From an uncultured Pyrinomonadaceae bacterium (GTDB taxonomy: Bacteria > Acidobacteriota > Blastocatellia > Pyrinomonadales > Pyrinomonadaceae), in contig CAXTPS010000006.1 of NCBI GenBank assembly GCA_964246305.1, forward strand, positions 97,338 to 161,337: DNA of 64,000 bases, in the 5' to 3' direction. Numbering within the stretch: the stretch's first letter is position 1; the number at the start of each line of letters is the position of its first letter. Positions 17,959 through 26,255 of the stretch are shown in pieces. Both the position numbers and the translations under genes were made by a program. Below the pieces are notes generated by a model. It ran no database searches. It saw only the letters and a program-made list of their open reading frames with translations, and was not told the origin of the DNA.

Positions 17959-19392
17959 TTATCTCTTGATGCTTCTCTGCGACGTTCGGTCATGGTGCGA
18001 AATGGTATTGATGACCGCGTTGGCCGCATCAATCCGTGACTGCTGTTGTCCCGAAATGAAAGTTGAATGCGACTTGATATGCGTGACCACTTCCTTCGGC
18101 TCTGCCGTCGGATTTCGCGCACGCACGAGTGCGACTTCGCCAGCTACCAGCGGCGAGGCCATCGAAGTCCCGGCCCACATTCCATAATGGTTGTACGGCA
18201 CAGGACTGATGATTCGCTCGCCCGGAGCCATCAAGGAGACCCACGAGCCGCGCGTCGAAAAGATCGCCAGACCGTCATCGTTTGTGCTCGCGGCAACCGA
18301 CAGGACGCATCTGCCTCTTCTAATCACTTTGTTTGGATCGGCGTCAACTGCCGCCGGATATTCTCTGATGTTTGCGCCGCTGTTTCCGGCGGCTGCAACG
18401 ACGACCGCGCCGGGCATGAGCGTTCCCGCCGGAGGGTCTTCAGGCCCATCAAGCTCATGATAAAAAACATCGCTGATGAGCTTAGACGCATTCGGCGTGC
18501 TGAGGCTCAGGTTAATCACGTTCGCGCCGTGATCGAGCGCGAACTTGATCGCTTGACCGAGCGTGAAGAAATCGCCGCGACCATCCGTGCCGAGCACGCG
18601 AATCGGCATGATCTTGGCGTCGGGCGCGACCATCGCGATCAAACCGGCGACATGCGTGCCGTGCCCGTAAGGGCCAAGCACAGGGCTGCCCTCTTCGCTC
18701 GGATTATTGTCGTTATCCACGAAGTCGTACATATCTTCGGGGGCCACAAGCCTTCCTGCAAACGCCGGGTGATTCATATCAATGCCGGTATCGAGCACGG
18801 CCACGATGACGGGACGACCCTGCGAGGTCGCGCCGCGCGTCAACTGCTGCGCTTCGTCAAGGCGCATTTTTTGTCTAGCCCATTGCGAGTTGATGGCCTT
18901 GCGTCCGGCCATGATGCTGGCGTAGGAGTCGCCGACGCTCCATGTTGGACGCGCTGCCTCCGGCGCGCCGCCAAAGTAGTTCGCATCCGCAAAGAGTATT
19001 CGCGTGATGTCTGTCGTTAAGGTAGCGACCTTCTGCTCGACGGTCGAGCCGTCTGTGATGCGCAAGAGATAGCTTGTGACCGGCGGCGCGCCCACAGTAA
19101 CCTGCCCGACGGGCACAGGGTCAAGGCCGTACATCGCAGCCACCTGCGCGATGTTATAGCCCGGATTAAGCTGCACGACTACCTGGCCGGGAATGTAAGG
19201 CTGGTTGTTTAAGGCTACGAGTTGGTCTGCCCCCGCTGCGCCCGGCTCCTCCTGCATTCTGGCCGGTGTCCCGACAACTAACCCGACAATCAAAATGAGC
19301 GACAAGAGGGCTGTCAGCCTTCTTAAGCTAAAACCCTTCGGCATAATTTTGGGGAAGCGATTAAGTCTCATAATAATTTGATGTGTTATCAA
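17959..19392 (-). CDS. secreted S8-family (subtilisin-like) serine peptidase
   Basis: The catalytic triad contexts are VAVLDTGID, HGTHVAGLI and GTSMASPLVAG. It has an N-terminal signal/anchor. Alternative starts lie at 19371 and 19344. Confidence 0.85.
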   Translation of the reverse strand: MITHQIIMRLNRFPKIMPKGFSLRRLTALLSLILIVGLVVGTPARMQEEPGAAGADQLVALNNQPYIPGQVVVQLNPGYNIAQVAAMYGLDPVPVGQVTVGAPPVTSYLLRITDGSTVEQKVATLTTDITRILFADANYFGGAPEAARPTWSVGDSYASIMAGRKAINSQWARQKMRLDEAQQLTRGATSQGRPVIVAVLDTGIDMNHPAFAGRLVAPEDMYDFVDNDNNPSEEGSPVLGPYGHGTHVAGLIAMVAPDAKIMPIRVLGTDGRGDFFTLGQAIKFALDHGANVINLSLSTPNASKLISDVFYHELDGPEDPPAGTLMPGAVVVAAAGNSGANIREYPAAVDADPNKVIRRGRCVLSVAASTNDDGLAIFSTRGSWVSLMAPGERIISPVPYNHYGMWAGTSMASPLVAGEVALVRARNPTAEPKEVVTHIKSHSTFISGQQQSRIDAANAVINTISHHDRTSQRSIKR

Positions 19393-19712
19393 AACTAAAG
19401 AAGTTTGAAGGTCGGGGGTTTCGGTTGCCGCTGCCAGCCTGTGCTCTTGCGTTCTAACAGTGCGTGAACGAACTCGAAAAATACATCACCGCCAACTTTT
19501 ACGGCAGCATAAATTCAATTAGCGCAACAGGGTATTTAGAGGCAATCAATATGCCTCAGGTTGCCAGTTCAGAGGCTGCCGCAACCAAATGACAATAGAG
19601 CAGTTAGGCTATATCGGAATATCAGCGGACGGACGCATGCGATTCACACTGAAACACAAATCCGCGCGCGTGTTTCAGCGTGAATCACACTTGAGTTACG
19701 AGACTTCTCCGG

Positions 19713-22565
19713 CTACCAGCGACCGAACAGCACGAATGGAGACCAGAAAAATGGATGCGGCTGCTCCTTCATCAACCTGAGCTGAGCATGGCGCAAGGCC
19801 GTTGCAGCAGACGCTCCGGCGCACAATCTCTGATAAAAATCGGTCATCAGGTTCGCGGTCGCCTCATCATCCACCGTCCAGAGGCTCATCAGTAACGACG
19901 GCGCGCCCGCGGAGAAGAAGCCGCGAGCCAAGCCTATCAACTCGTTGCCGGGAGCGACCGCGCTCATGCCCGTCTCGCACGCGCTCAGCGCGACCAGCTC
20001 GCACCTTTGCAGCTCAAGCGCGTAAGCATCCCGCACGGTCAGCCAGTCATTCGACAGCCGCAGAGATGAGAAGAGCGGATTGTCCGGTCGGAACTGACCA
20101 TGACAGGCAAGGTGTAACACGTCTGCCTGCGCTGCGTTCTCTTTGACGGCAGCGAGCGTGCCGCGCTCGTCAAGCAACACAGTGGCTTCCGGAAAAAGCG
20201 GCGCGAGCGCGAGGACTTCATCTCTCACGCGTGGCGTCTGCTCATCCGGCACTCCGACCAGCACTGCGCGCTGCAGGGAACGCGGCTCGCGCGCGAGGCA
20301 ATGAGTGAGGACGACCGCGCTCGGAGCGTAACAGACTTCGCGCCGCTCTATCACGTAATCAATCCCGTCATGCAACGCATGAAAAGGAACGTAATGCAGC
20401 GCGCGATGTGGAACGATCACGAGGCGACGTTCCGCGCCGATAAATTCTTCGAGGGGTGCGAGCAGCACATCATAGAGCGCCTGCAAATGATGAAGCGCAC
20501 GCCTGGTCAGATGCGGCAGGTGCTTGCGCATGCGTTCCGCGCCGAAGCGCAGCGTGTCTATTTGAAAACGGAGCTGTTCGAGCTGTGCTTCGACCTCGCG
20601 CTCGCTGCCCAAGTGACGTTTGACGGACACACCTTCGCCCGTCAGGACAAATGCCAGCAGCTCTCCGTCAAGGCTCGTGTATTCGACGAGCGCGGCGTCT
20701 TCTCCGAGCGCGCTTTGAAGCTGCTCTATGTTCAGCGTCTCGACCGAAGCGGAGAGCGCGGGTTGTTCGCCGCGATGCTGCAACTGGCGCGTGATCTCAA
20801 GCGTGCGATGCTCGCGCTCTCTGACTTCCCTTTGCAGCGAGGCCATCTCGTCCGCGCTCTCCGAAGCATCGCTTTTCTGCGCGGGACGGTTGATCTGGCT
20901 ATAAAACCAGTTGAGCTGCTCGCGCAGGTCTTGAAGCTCTGCGATGAGTTCGGCCTCGAAAGCGTCGCGCGGCTGCGGCAGGACTTTGAGCGCGCCGCCG
21001 AGTATATCCACCAGAGCGCGTGAGCGAGCGCGCTCGACAAAGCTCAAAGCCTCAGCCGCGCGATCCGTCTCAACATCCGATAGATAGAGCCGCACCATCT
21101 CGTCGTATGGCACGAGCTTGTCAGAAAAGAAGGACGCGCGAAACTCTTCCGCAGGCAAGGGCGCACGCATGGTCTCGATTAACTCTATCGCGCGCTTGAA
21201 CGCCGCCTCAGCTCTCACGGCATCGCCAACGCCCGCCGCCAGCAGGCCGAGCGAAGTGTGGCAACGCTGCTCGACCTGCGGCTGCGCCTGCTCCTCCGCG
21301 TCATGCAGCGTCGCTTCCAGGATAGCGCGTGCTTCAGCTGTCGAGCCGAGAGCGCGCAATGCGTCGCCGCGCAGCCAGCGCGCCATCAGCAAATTTCTCC
21401 ACACGCCCGCGGCAGAGAGCGGAGCTTCGGCCTCTTCGGCAGCCAGCATCGTCGCCGGATAATTCCCCGAAGCGTGATGAAGCTGAGCCATCGTGAGCGC
21501 GACCATCGCTTCGCCGAGCGCATTGCCTTCGACTGCGTAAAGCCTGCGCGCATCCGTGAGCAGTTGTTGCGCCTGTGTCATCTGCCCCAGCAGGATTGCC
21601 GCGCGCCCGTGATGCGCCAGAGCCAGAGCCTGCTCCGCGCGCATCGACAGTTCTGCAAACATCGGCGTCACGCGCTCGTAAAGCTCTGTCGCTTCTGGAG
21701 CGAGATTCAATTCCAGATAAGCGTCCGCTATCTCCAGCGCGGAGACGGCGGATTCATGCGGCATCTGCATCTCCGCATACTTGCGCCGCGCGCGTTCAAG
21801 ATAATCGAGCGCGCGGTCATAACGCCCCTGAAAGAGCGCAAGGTTGCCCATGCTCGATTCTATTCCCGCCTGCGTCGCCACCATCCCGGCGGCCTCTGCG
21901 CGTTCGAGAGCCTGATCGTAAAGCTGCTCGGCTGAGCGGAAATTATGTTTTAAGGATTGAATATAGGCCAGACAATTATCGAGCGTAGCAAGCTGTTTGT
22001 CGTCGCTCAGAGCCTCAAAGCGCACACGCGCCGCAAGAAAGAAATGCTCCGCTTCATCATAGCGGTCGCGACGCCAGTAAATGTTGCCGATGTTGTGCTC
22101 GATCTTTCCGGCGGCGAGAATATCGTCGTGCGCTTTTAAGACTTCCAGAGCGCGCAGGCCGCACGCGATGGCCTCTTCGTAACGTCCGACGATGGCGAGC
22201 GCGATGAGCTTGGAGACCTGCGTTGAGGCAGCAGTGCCTTCGAGATTTAAAGAGACGAAACGCGCCTCTGCATCATCCAGATGCTCTATGGCGCGTTCCA
22301 TCTGTCCTGCGACCAGAGAGGCCAGCCCCGCGCTCCATGCGGCGCACGCAGCGACCTCCCCTGCTTGTGTGTATCGTGTGAAGGCTTCGAGCGCAGCAGC
22401 CGCCGCAGTCGTGCGCGCGGGGTCTGACGCCCATGAGTCGAGGCAGATGTCTTTGAGCGTGTAAGCCAGCGCGGCGTCGGCCAACAGCGCGTGACTCCGC
22501 AAGAGAGCTTCGCGCTCCGCATCGTCCGACGCGATGAGCAGCGCTGCCAACTCCGCACGTTCCAT
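19713..22565 (-). CDS. TPR-repeat + CHAT-domain protein (caspase-like protease superfamily), cytoplasmic
   Basis: About 500 aa of TPR-like repeats are followed by a coiled region and then a CHAT domain. Both dyad contexts are present: VLHLACHGQF (His) and LVALSACETG (Cys). Confidence 0.9.
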   Translation of the reverse strand: MERAELAALLIASDDAEREALLRSHALLADAALAYTLKDICLDSWASDPARTTAAAAALEAFTRYTQAGEVAACAAWSAGLASLVAGQMERAIEHLDDAEARFVSLNLEGTAASTQVSKLIALAIVGRYEEAIACGLRALEVLKAHDDILAAGKIEHNIGNIYWRRDRYDEAEHFFLAARVRFEALSDDKQLATLDNCLAYIQSLKHNFRSAEQLYDQALERAEAAGMVATQAGIESSMGNLALFQGRYDRALDYLERARRKYAEMQMPHESAVSALEIADAYLELNLAPEATELYERVTPMFAELSMRAEQALALAHHGRAAILLGQMTQAQQLLTDARRLYAVEGNALGEAMVALTMAQLHHASGNYPATMLAAEEAEAPLSAAGVWRNLLMARWLRGDALRALGSTAEARAILEATLHDAEEQAQPQVEQRCHTSLGLLAAGVGDAVRAEAAFKRAIELIETMRAPLPAEEFRASFFSDKLVPYDEMVRLYLSDVETDRAAEALSFVERARSRALVDILGGALKVLPQPRDAFEAELIAELQDLREQLNWFYSQINRPAQKSDASESADEMASLQREVREREHRTLEITRQLQHRGEQPALSASVETLNIEQLQSALGEDAALVEYTSLDGELLAFVLTGEGVSVKRHLGSEREVEAQLEQLRFQIDTLRFGAERMRKHLPHLTRRALHHLQALYDVLLAPLEEFIGAERRLVIVPHRALHYVPFHALHDGIDYVIERREVCYAPSAVVLTHCLAREPRSLQRAVLVGVPDEQTPRVRDEVLALAPLFPEATVLLDERGTLAAVKENAAQADVLHLACHGQFRPDNPLFSSLRLSNDWLTVRDAYALELQRCELVALSACETGMSAVAPGNELIGLARGFFSAGAPSLLMSLWTVDDEATANLMTDFYQRLCAGASAATALRHAQLRLMKEQPHPFFWSPFVLFGRW

Positions 22566-22568
22566 TCG

Positions 22569-23162
22569 CTATGCCTTTAATTCAAATTCGGGGACTTCGA
22601 TCTCTGTGCCGGAGAAATTAATAACGAGAGAATATTTGCCGGAAGGCACACGCGGCAGCGTGAACTCGCAAAGGTCGTTCATCAACGCGCTTTCCTCAAC
22701 GCTCTCGCTACGCAGCTCGACCTGCCCGCTCTCGCATTCGCCTAGCACCTGACCCGAAACCACCCATGCGCCATCGTCCGGCGCAACGCGCAGGTCAAGA
22801 TCATGATCGCCGACGCTGAAGAGAAGCTGGCGCGCGACCGACTGGCCTGAGCGGACGCCGAAGGCCGGAGACAACTGGCGGCTATCAAAGCTCAGGACTG
22901 CCATCACTCGCTGCATGACGGAGGGCTTTTGTTCAGCCGCACGCGGGCGAAATAGATTGAGCGCGTGCGAGATAACATCACGCGGGGCGTCTTCCGCCAG
23001 ATCAGTCCGCATGAGATTGACGAGTTGTTCGAGGCGAGCCACTTGCGCGGCGCAATCCGAACAATCCGCCAGATGTGAGCGCGTCGCTTCGCTCTCTTCG
23101 TGCGTCTGGCGATTCTCGGCCAGATCGGCCAGTTTTTCGAATGGAATGTGTTGAGTCTTCAT
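22569..23162 (-). CDS. putative anti-sigma factor (zf-HC2-like N-terminus, beta-sandwich C-terminus, no TM helix)
   Basis: It has an HLADCSDCAAQVARLEQL motif. It lies between the ECF sigma gene and the CHAT gene, 3 nt from the CHAT start. The start is set at the ATG at 23162. Confidence 0.65.
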   Translation of the reverse strand: MKTQHIPFEKLADLAENRQTHEESEATRSHLADCSDCAAQVARLEQLVNLMRTDLAEDAPRDVISHALNLFRPRAAEQKPSVMQRVMAVLSFDSRQLSPAFGVRSGQSVARQLLFSVGDHDLDLRVAPDDGAWVVSGQVLGECESGQVELRSESVEESALMNDLCEFTLPRVPSGKYSLVINFSGTEIEVPEFELKA

Positions 23163-23260
23163 CTGCCTGCCAACTTTGTTAATTCGGGGGTTATCAAACT
23201 TTTCAAAACCGTCACTCAACACAACAGTGCGTAATTCGTGCCGGGAAATACATCACGGAA

Positions 23261-23827
23261 TCAATTTTCAATCAGACGCAGCAATTTTTGCAAACAACGG
23301 GCGCGGGTCGGGCCGATGCTGCCTTCGGTCGTCCCCAGTGCCTGTGCTATCTCGCCATAACTAAGAGAGTTAGACTGATAAAAGAGCATCTCGATTAATT
23401 TGCGGCAACGCTCATCCATCGAGGCGACCGCGCGGCGCACACCCTCCTGCTCTTCAAGGCGCAGCATCACTTCGTCGGGTAAAGGCGCGTCGTCAGGGAC
23501 TCGCGCGGCCTCGCTCTCATCCCCGTCGTCCACATTATTGAATGAGCCTGCATGACTCTTCTCGCGCGAGATGAATCGCCAGGTCATACGCCGCGCCGTC
23601 GTCACTATCCACGCCTGAATCCGCTCAGGCTGTTCTATCCCGTCAAGCTTTCTGAGCAGCGTGGCAAACACATCCTGAAAGACTTCCGCAGACTGATCTT
23701 CATCAAGCCCCGCGCGGCGTGGAATCGTATAAATCAGCCGCTGGTAACGATTGACCAGAGCTTCCCACGCGGCCTCATCACCCTTGCGACACGCCAGCAC
23801 CAGATTTTCATCGCTGATTGAACTCAT
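23261..23827 (-). CDS. ECF-type RNA polymerase sigma-70 family factor
   Basis: Region 2 is AWEALVNRYQRLIYTIPRR...DVFQDVFATLLR. Region 4 is LSYGEIAQALGTTEGSIGPTRARCLQKL. The start is set at MSSISDENL (23827). Confidence 0.85.
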   Translation of the reverse strand: MSSISDENLVLACRKGDEAAWEALVNRYQRLIYTIPRRAGLDEDQSAEVFQDVFATLLRKLDGIEQPERIQAWIVTTARRMTWRFISREKSHAGSFNNVDDGDESEAARVPDDAPLPDEVMLRLEEQEGVRRAVASMDERCRKLIEMLFYQSNSLSYGEIAQALGTTEGSIGPTRARCLQKLLRLIEN

Positions 23828-23968
23828 CCCGTTTGACGAATAATCATTTTCCTGTGATGAAAGAATAGGATGCACGTTCTTGTTTTGTCTAGCGAATGAA
23901 GACCACAAAGCCTGAATTACTCCTCAATAAAAAAATTCTTAAGCGGCAACGTATTTTTCGCACTGCCC

Positions 23969-24382
23969 TCAGCACTGTTTTACCGGAATGACGGTTAAAA
24001 TTTCAGGCATGACCGGACGATCTTTTAATGCGCTTTCGATCAGAGCCAGAATCTCAGACGGCAGAAAAGGCTTTTTCAAGACTTCGATTGCGCCGCACGC
24101 TTTTAGCTCGCAGATCATCTCAGGCGTGCCGTGCGCCGTGATGACGATGACGCGATTGTCCGCGTCCTTCGCGCGCAAAGCGTTGAGGACTTCGAGGCCG
24201 GTGATGTCCGGCAAGCGCAGGTCAGTCACCGTAATATCAAAGCGTAGACTGTCGGCCTGCTCGATTCCGTCGCGCCCGCAACGCGCCAAGACGGTCTCGT
24301 AGCCCTGATCGCGCAGAATCAACGTGAGAGCTTCGGCGATGCTCGGCTCGTCGTCGATAATTAAAATTCTTGCTTTTCCCAT
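23969..24382 (-). CDS. stand-alone response-regulator receiver (CheY-like)
   Basis: ARILIIDDEPSI...FDITVTDLRLPDITGLEVL...VIVITAHG...LKKPF. Confidence 0.85.
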   Translation of the reverse strand: MGKARILIIDDEPSIAEALTLILRDQGYETVLARCGRDGIEQADSLRFDITVTDLRLPDITGLEVLNALRAKDADNRVIVITAHGTPEMICELKACGAIEVLKKPFLPSEILALIESALKDRPVMPEILTVIPVKQC

Positions 24383-24663
24383 AACGGTTTTCTCAAGGGC
24401 GCAAAACGCCGCGAGAGGTTTAACGTTAAGAGAGCGGCAAGTTTTATGCCGCCGGAGTCACGTAAAAATATTTCAGGAAAGGCGCGAGCCGCGCGTCTTG
24501 TAGCTGGATTTTAAATTGTCGTATCAGAACACATTCACCCGCCCGTGTTCTATTCCGAAACCTCAAATATAAGAGAAAGGGGCAAAGCTTTTTAAGCTTC
24601 GCCGCGCCGTATAAACTTTTCTTCATCACTTCATTCCTGATATATTCAGCTTAGGAGATACTT

Positions 24664-24921
24664 ATGACCAACGAAGAGATGGAGAGAGGTATTGAGTTCC
24701 TGCTCAAGTGTCAGGCTAGCTTTGAAGTGCAGCTTGCACAGACCAGCCAACATATCGAAGTGATGGCAGACACGCACACAGAGTTCACGCGATTTGTGCA
24801 GGGTTATATCGCAGCCCAAAGCGAACTCAATCAGTCTCTACGGGAAACATTGCGGGCGCTAACGCTGGCGCAGGCGCGCACGGATGTGCGTTTGAGCGAT
24901 CTTGAGGGCAGTAGTTCTTAA
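24664..24921 (+). CDS. hypothetical small coiled-coil protein (85 aa)
   Basis: An AGGAG sequence lies 8 nt upstream of the ATG. The protein is helical and Gln/Glu-rich (MTNEEMERGIEFLLKCQASFEVQLAQ...). GC is reduced relative to the flanks. Confidence 0.5.
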   Translation: MTNEEMERGIEFLLKCQASFEVQLAQTSQHIEVMADTHTEFTRFVQGYIAAQSELNQSLRETLRALTLAQARTDVRLSDLEGSSS

Positions 24922-25121
24922 TCTAATGTAAATACTTTGCTCCGTTGAATTTGATTCCGAGCCCTCAAATCATCTCACACGGTTGAGGCCTGCCTATCCG
25001 ATTGGTTCAACAAGTTCTTATTCAAGTCAAGACTTTTAGACGTTAGGGTGAAGAGATCGGACCTTGGGGCAAATTAGTAATGAGACAATGGCTATTTAAA
25101 TCAAAGTGAGAGTTATGCTGA

Positions 25122-25763
25122 TTAGAATGTAACCATTAGCCGCTCAACACTGTCACGCGCCCTACCAGCCAAACCGGACTTGTCAAATATCTGTTTCGCG
25201 CGCTGCTTGAGGGCAACATCTCCAGTGAGCAGGTATGATCTTCGCAAGTAATCTATCGCCAGTAATGGGTTTGCCTCGAGGAGATCGGCCAAAGTCTGGT
25301 AATATCTTGCTCGCTCCTGAAGCGATTTAAGGAAATCTCCTAGGTTCCGAGTTAAACGAGTATCCATTTCGATATACTCAGTACGAACAAGATCGGATGG
25401 TAGCTTCACGTTACCGATCTTAATGACTACAGTCTCCCTTCCATAGGCGTGCATCCAACCCAGTTCGTAAAAAATGTTTGCCATTGTCTCTGAGCTAATC
25501 CCTTCGTGGACAATGGCGATTCCGACTGGACAGGCAACTGCCAGCCCCCAAATTTTAAGTAAGAAGTCCTTACCGGTAGTTACGCTCGCTGCATCAATAA
25601 TCTTGAATTTAGCTCGTCTCAGGATTTCGGTCACACGCTTTTTCGTGTCACGTACCTCAGCAGATATAGGCTTACCCATTGCTGCCATCAAGAAGCATGT
25701 CCGTGCACGCCATTTCACCGGAGCGCTATGGACATCACCATCTGTGGGTCTATAGAAAATCAT
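25122..25763 (-). CDS. TIR-like / nucleoside-2-deoxyribosyltransferase-like (flavodoxin-like fold) domain protein with C-terminal helical domain
   Basis: The motif order is CFLMAAMGKP (beta1), then FKIIDAASV...PVGIAIVHEGISSETMANIFYELGWMHAYGRETVVI, then LPSDLVRTEYIEM. This matches the cFviMpFg...npNVfYElGyA.algK.vi...lPfDl..r.i.Y pattern of TIR-like/NDT-like modules as I remember it. The ATG overlaps the stop of the upstream gene (ATGA). The locus is AT-rich. Confidence 0.55.
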   Translation of the reverse strand: MIFYRPTDGDVHSAPVKWRARTCFLMAAMGKPISAEVRDTKKRVTEILRRAKFKIIDAASVTTGKDFLLKIWGLAVACPVGIAIVHEGISSETMANIFYELGWMHAYGRETVVIKIGNVKLPSDLVRTEYIEMDTRLTRNLGDFLKSLQERARYYQTLADLLEANPLLAIDYLRRSYLLTGDVALKQRAKQIFDKSGLAGRARDSVERLMVTF

Positions 25764-26113
25764 TTTCGCCTAGAGCACGATGCTGCGATTGCCACACCTT
25801 TGTAAGCGCCGTCGCTCTTTTTATGTGAGATGATCATTCCCGCGGATGTATCGATTTTCACGAAATGTCCGCTCCGTGGATTTCTTAGTTGAGAAAGTGC
25901 GCTTGCCGCAAATGTCTTCGTCTTAGAACTCGACCGTCCGCCATGCAATGTAGCAGATGCTTTCTTCGCGCCCTTCGCAGTGGACGTTGAGCGACTGGCT
26001 TTCGAGGAAGAATGGGCAGTTTTGGCCGCCCCCTTCGACGTGCGAGATGTTGAGGCCTTTCTCGGCGCGCTTGAGGCCTTTGATATAACTTTCTTACTAT
26101 TTTTTTTAGCCAT
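25760..26113 (-). CDS. Lys/Ser/Ala-rich basic protein (histone-H1-like low-complexity N-terminus) with a short C-terminal SGHFV-type module
   Basis: MAKKNSKKVISKASSAPRKASTSRTSKGAAKTAHSSSKASRSTSTAKGAKKA... is followed by RNPRSGHFVKIDTSAGMIISHKKSDGAYKGV. A GGAGG sequence lies about 8 nt upstream of the ATG. It is coupled to the downstream TIR-like gene. Confidence 0.5.
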   Translation of the reverse strand: MAKKNSKKVISKASSAPRKASTSRTSKGAAKTAHSSSKASRSTSTAKGAKKASATLHGGRSSSKTKTFAASALSQLRNPRSGHFVKIDTSAGMIISHKKSDGAYKGVAIAASCSRRK

Positions 26114-26187
26114 TATAAACCTCCAACCTCATTAAATCGCTAGGACTATAACTTGTAGTTTCACTTGCGCGCAAACATTGCGTTACC

Positions 26188-26205
26188 GTCTAATGACAAT
26201 TAGAC
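26188..26205. promoter_or_regulatory. perfect 7-4-7 palindrome (candidate operator) upstream of the basic-protein gene
   Basis: GTCTAAT-GACA-ATTAGAC lies about 75-90 nt upstream of the start codon at 26113. Confidence 0.3.
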
Positions 26206-26255
26206 CTCAAGACACATTGTTTCCCATTTGGGGTGGCGGCTAAAACGAATGTGGG

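Noticed and set aside
19642-19687. The inverted repeat gattcacactgaaacac...gtgtttcagcgtgaatc downstream of the CHAT gene, as a terminator.
   Set aside because: The stem is good (16 of 17 bp), but no U-run follows on the minus-strand transcript. It may still be a terminator or a processing hairpin, but support is insufficient to list it.
24444-24629. A 61-aa minus-strand ORF in the spacer upstream of the receiver gene.
   Set aside because: Its composition is implausible (MMKKSLYGAAKLKKLCPFLLYLRFRNR...). It has no ribosome-binding site and lies in a likely promoter region.
24383-24663. Sigma-54 (-24/-12) promoter elements near the NtrC-type regulator, the islet and the caspase gene.
   Set aside because: The occurrences of TGGCAC that I found (for example near 3088, 34617 and 61648) are inside coding regions or lack a correctly spaced TTGC. 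There is no convincing intergenic match.
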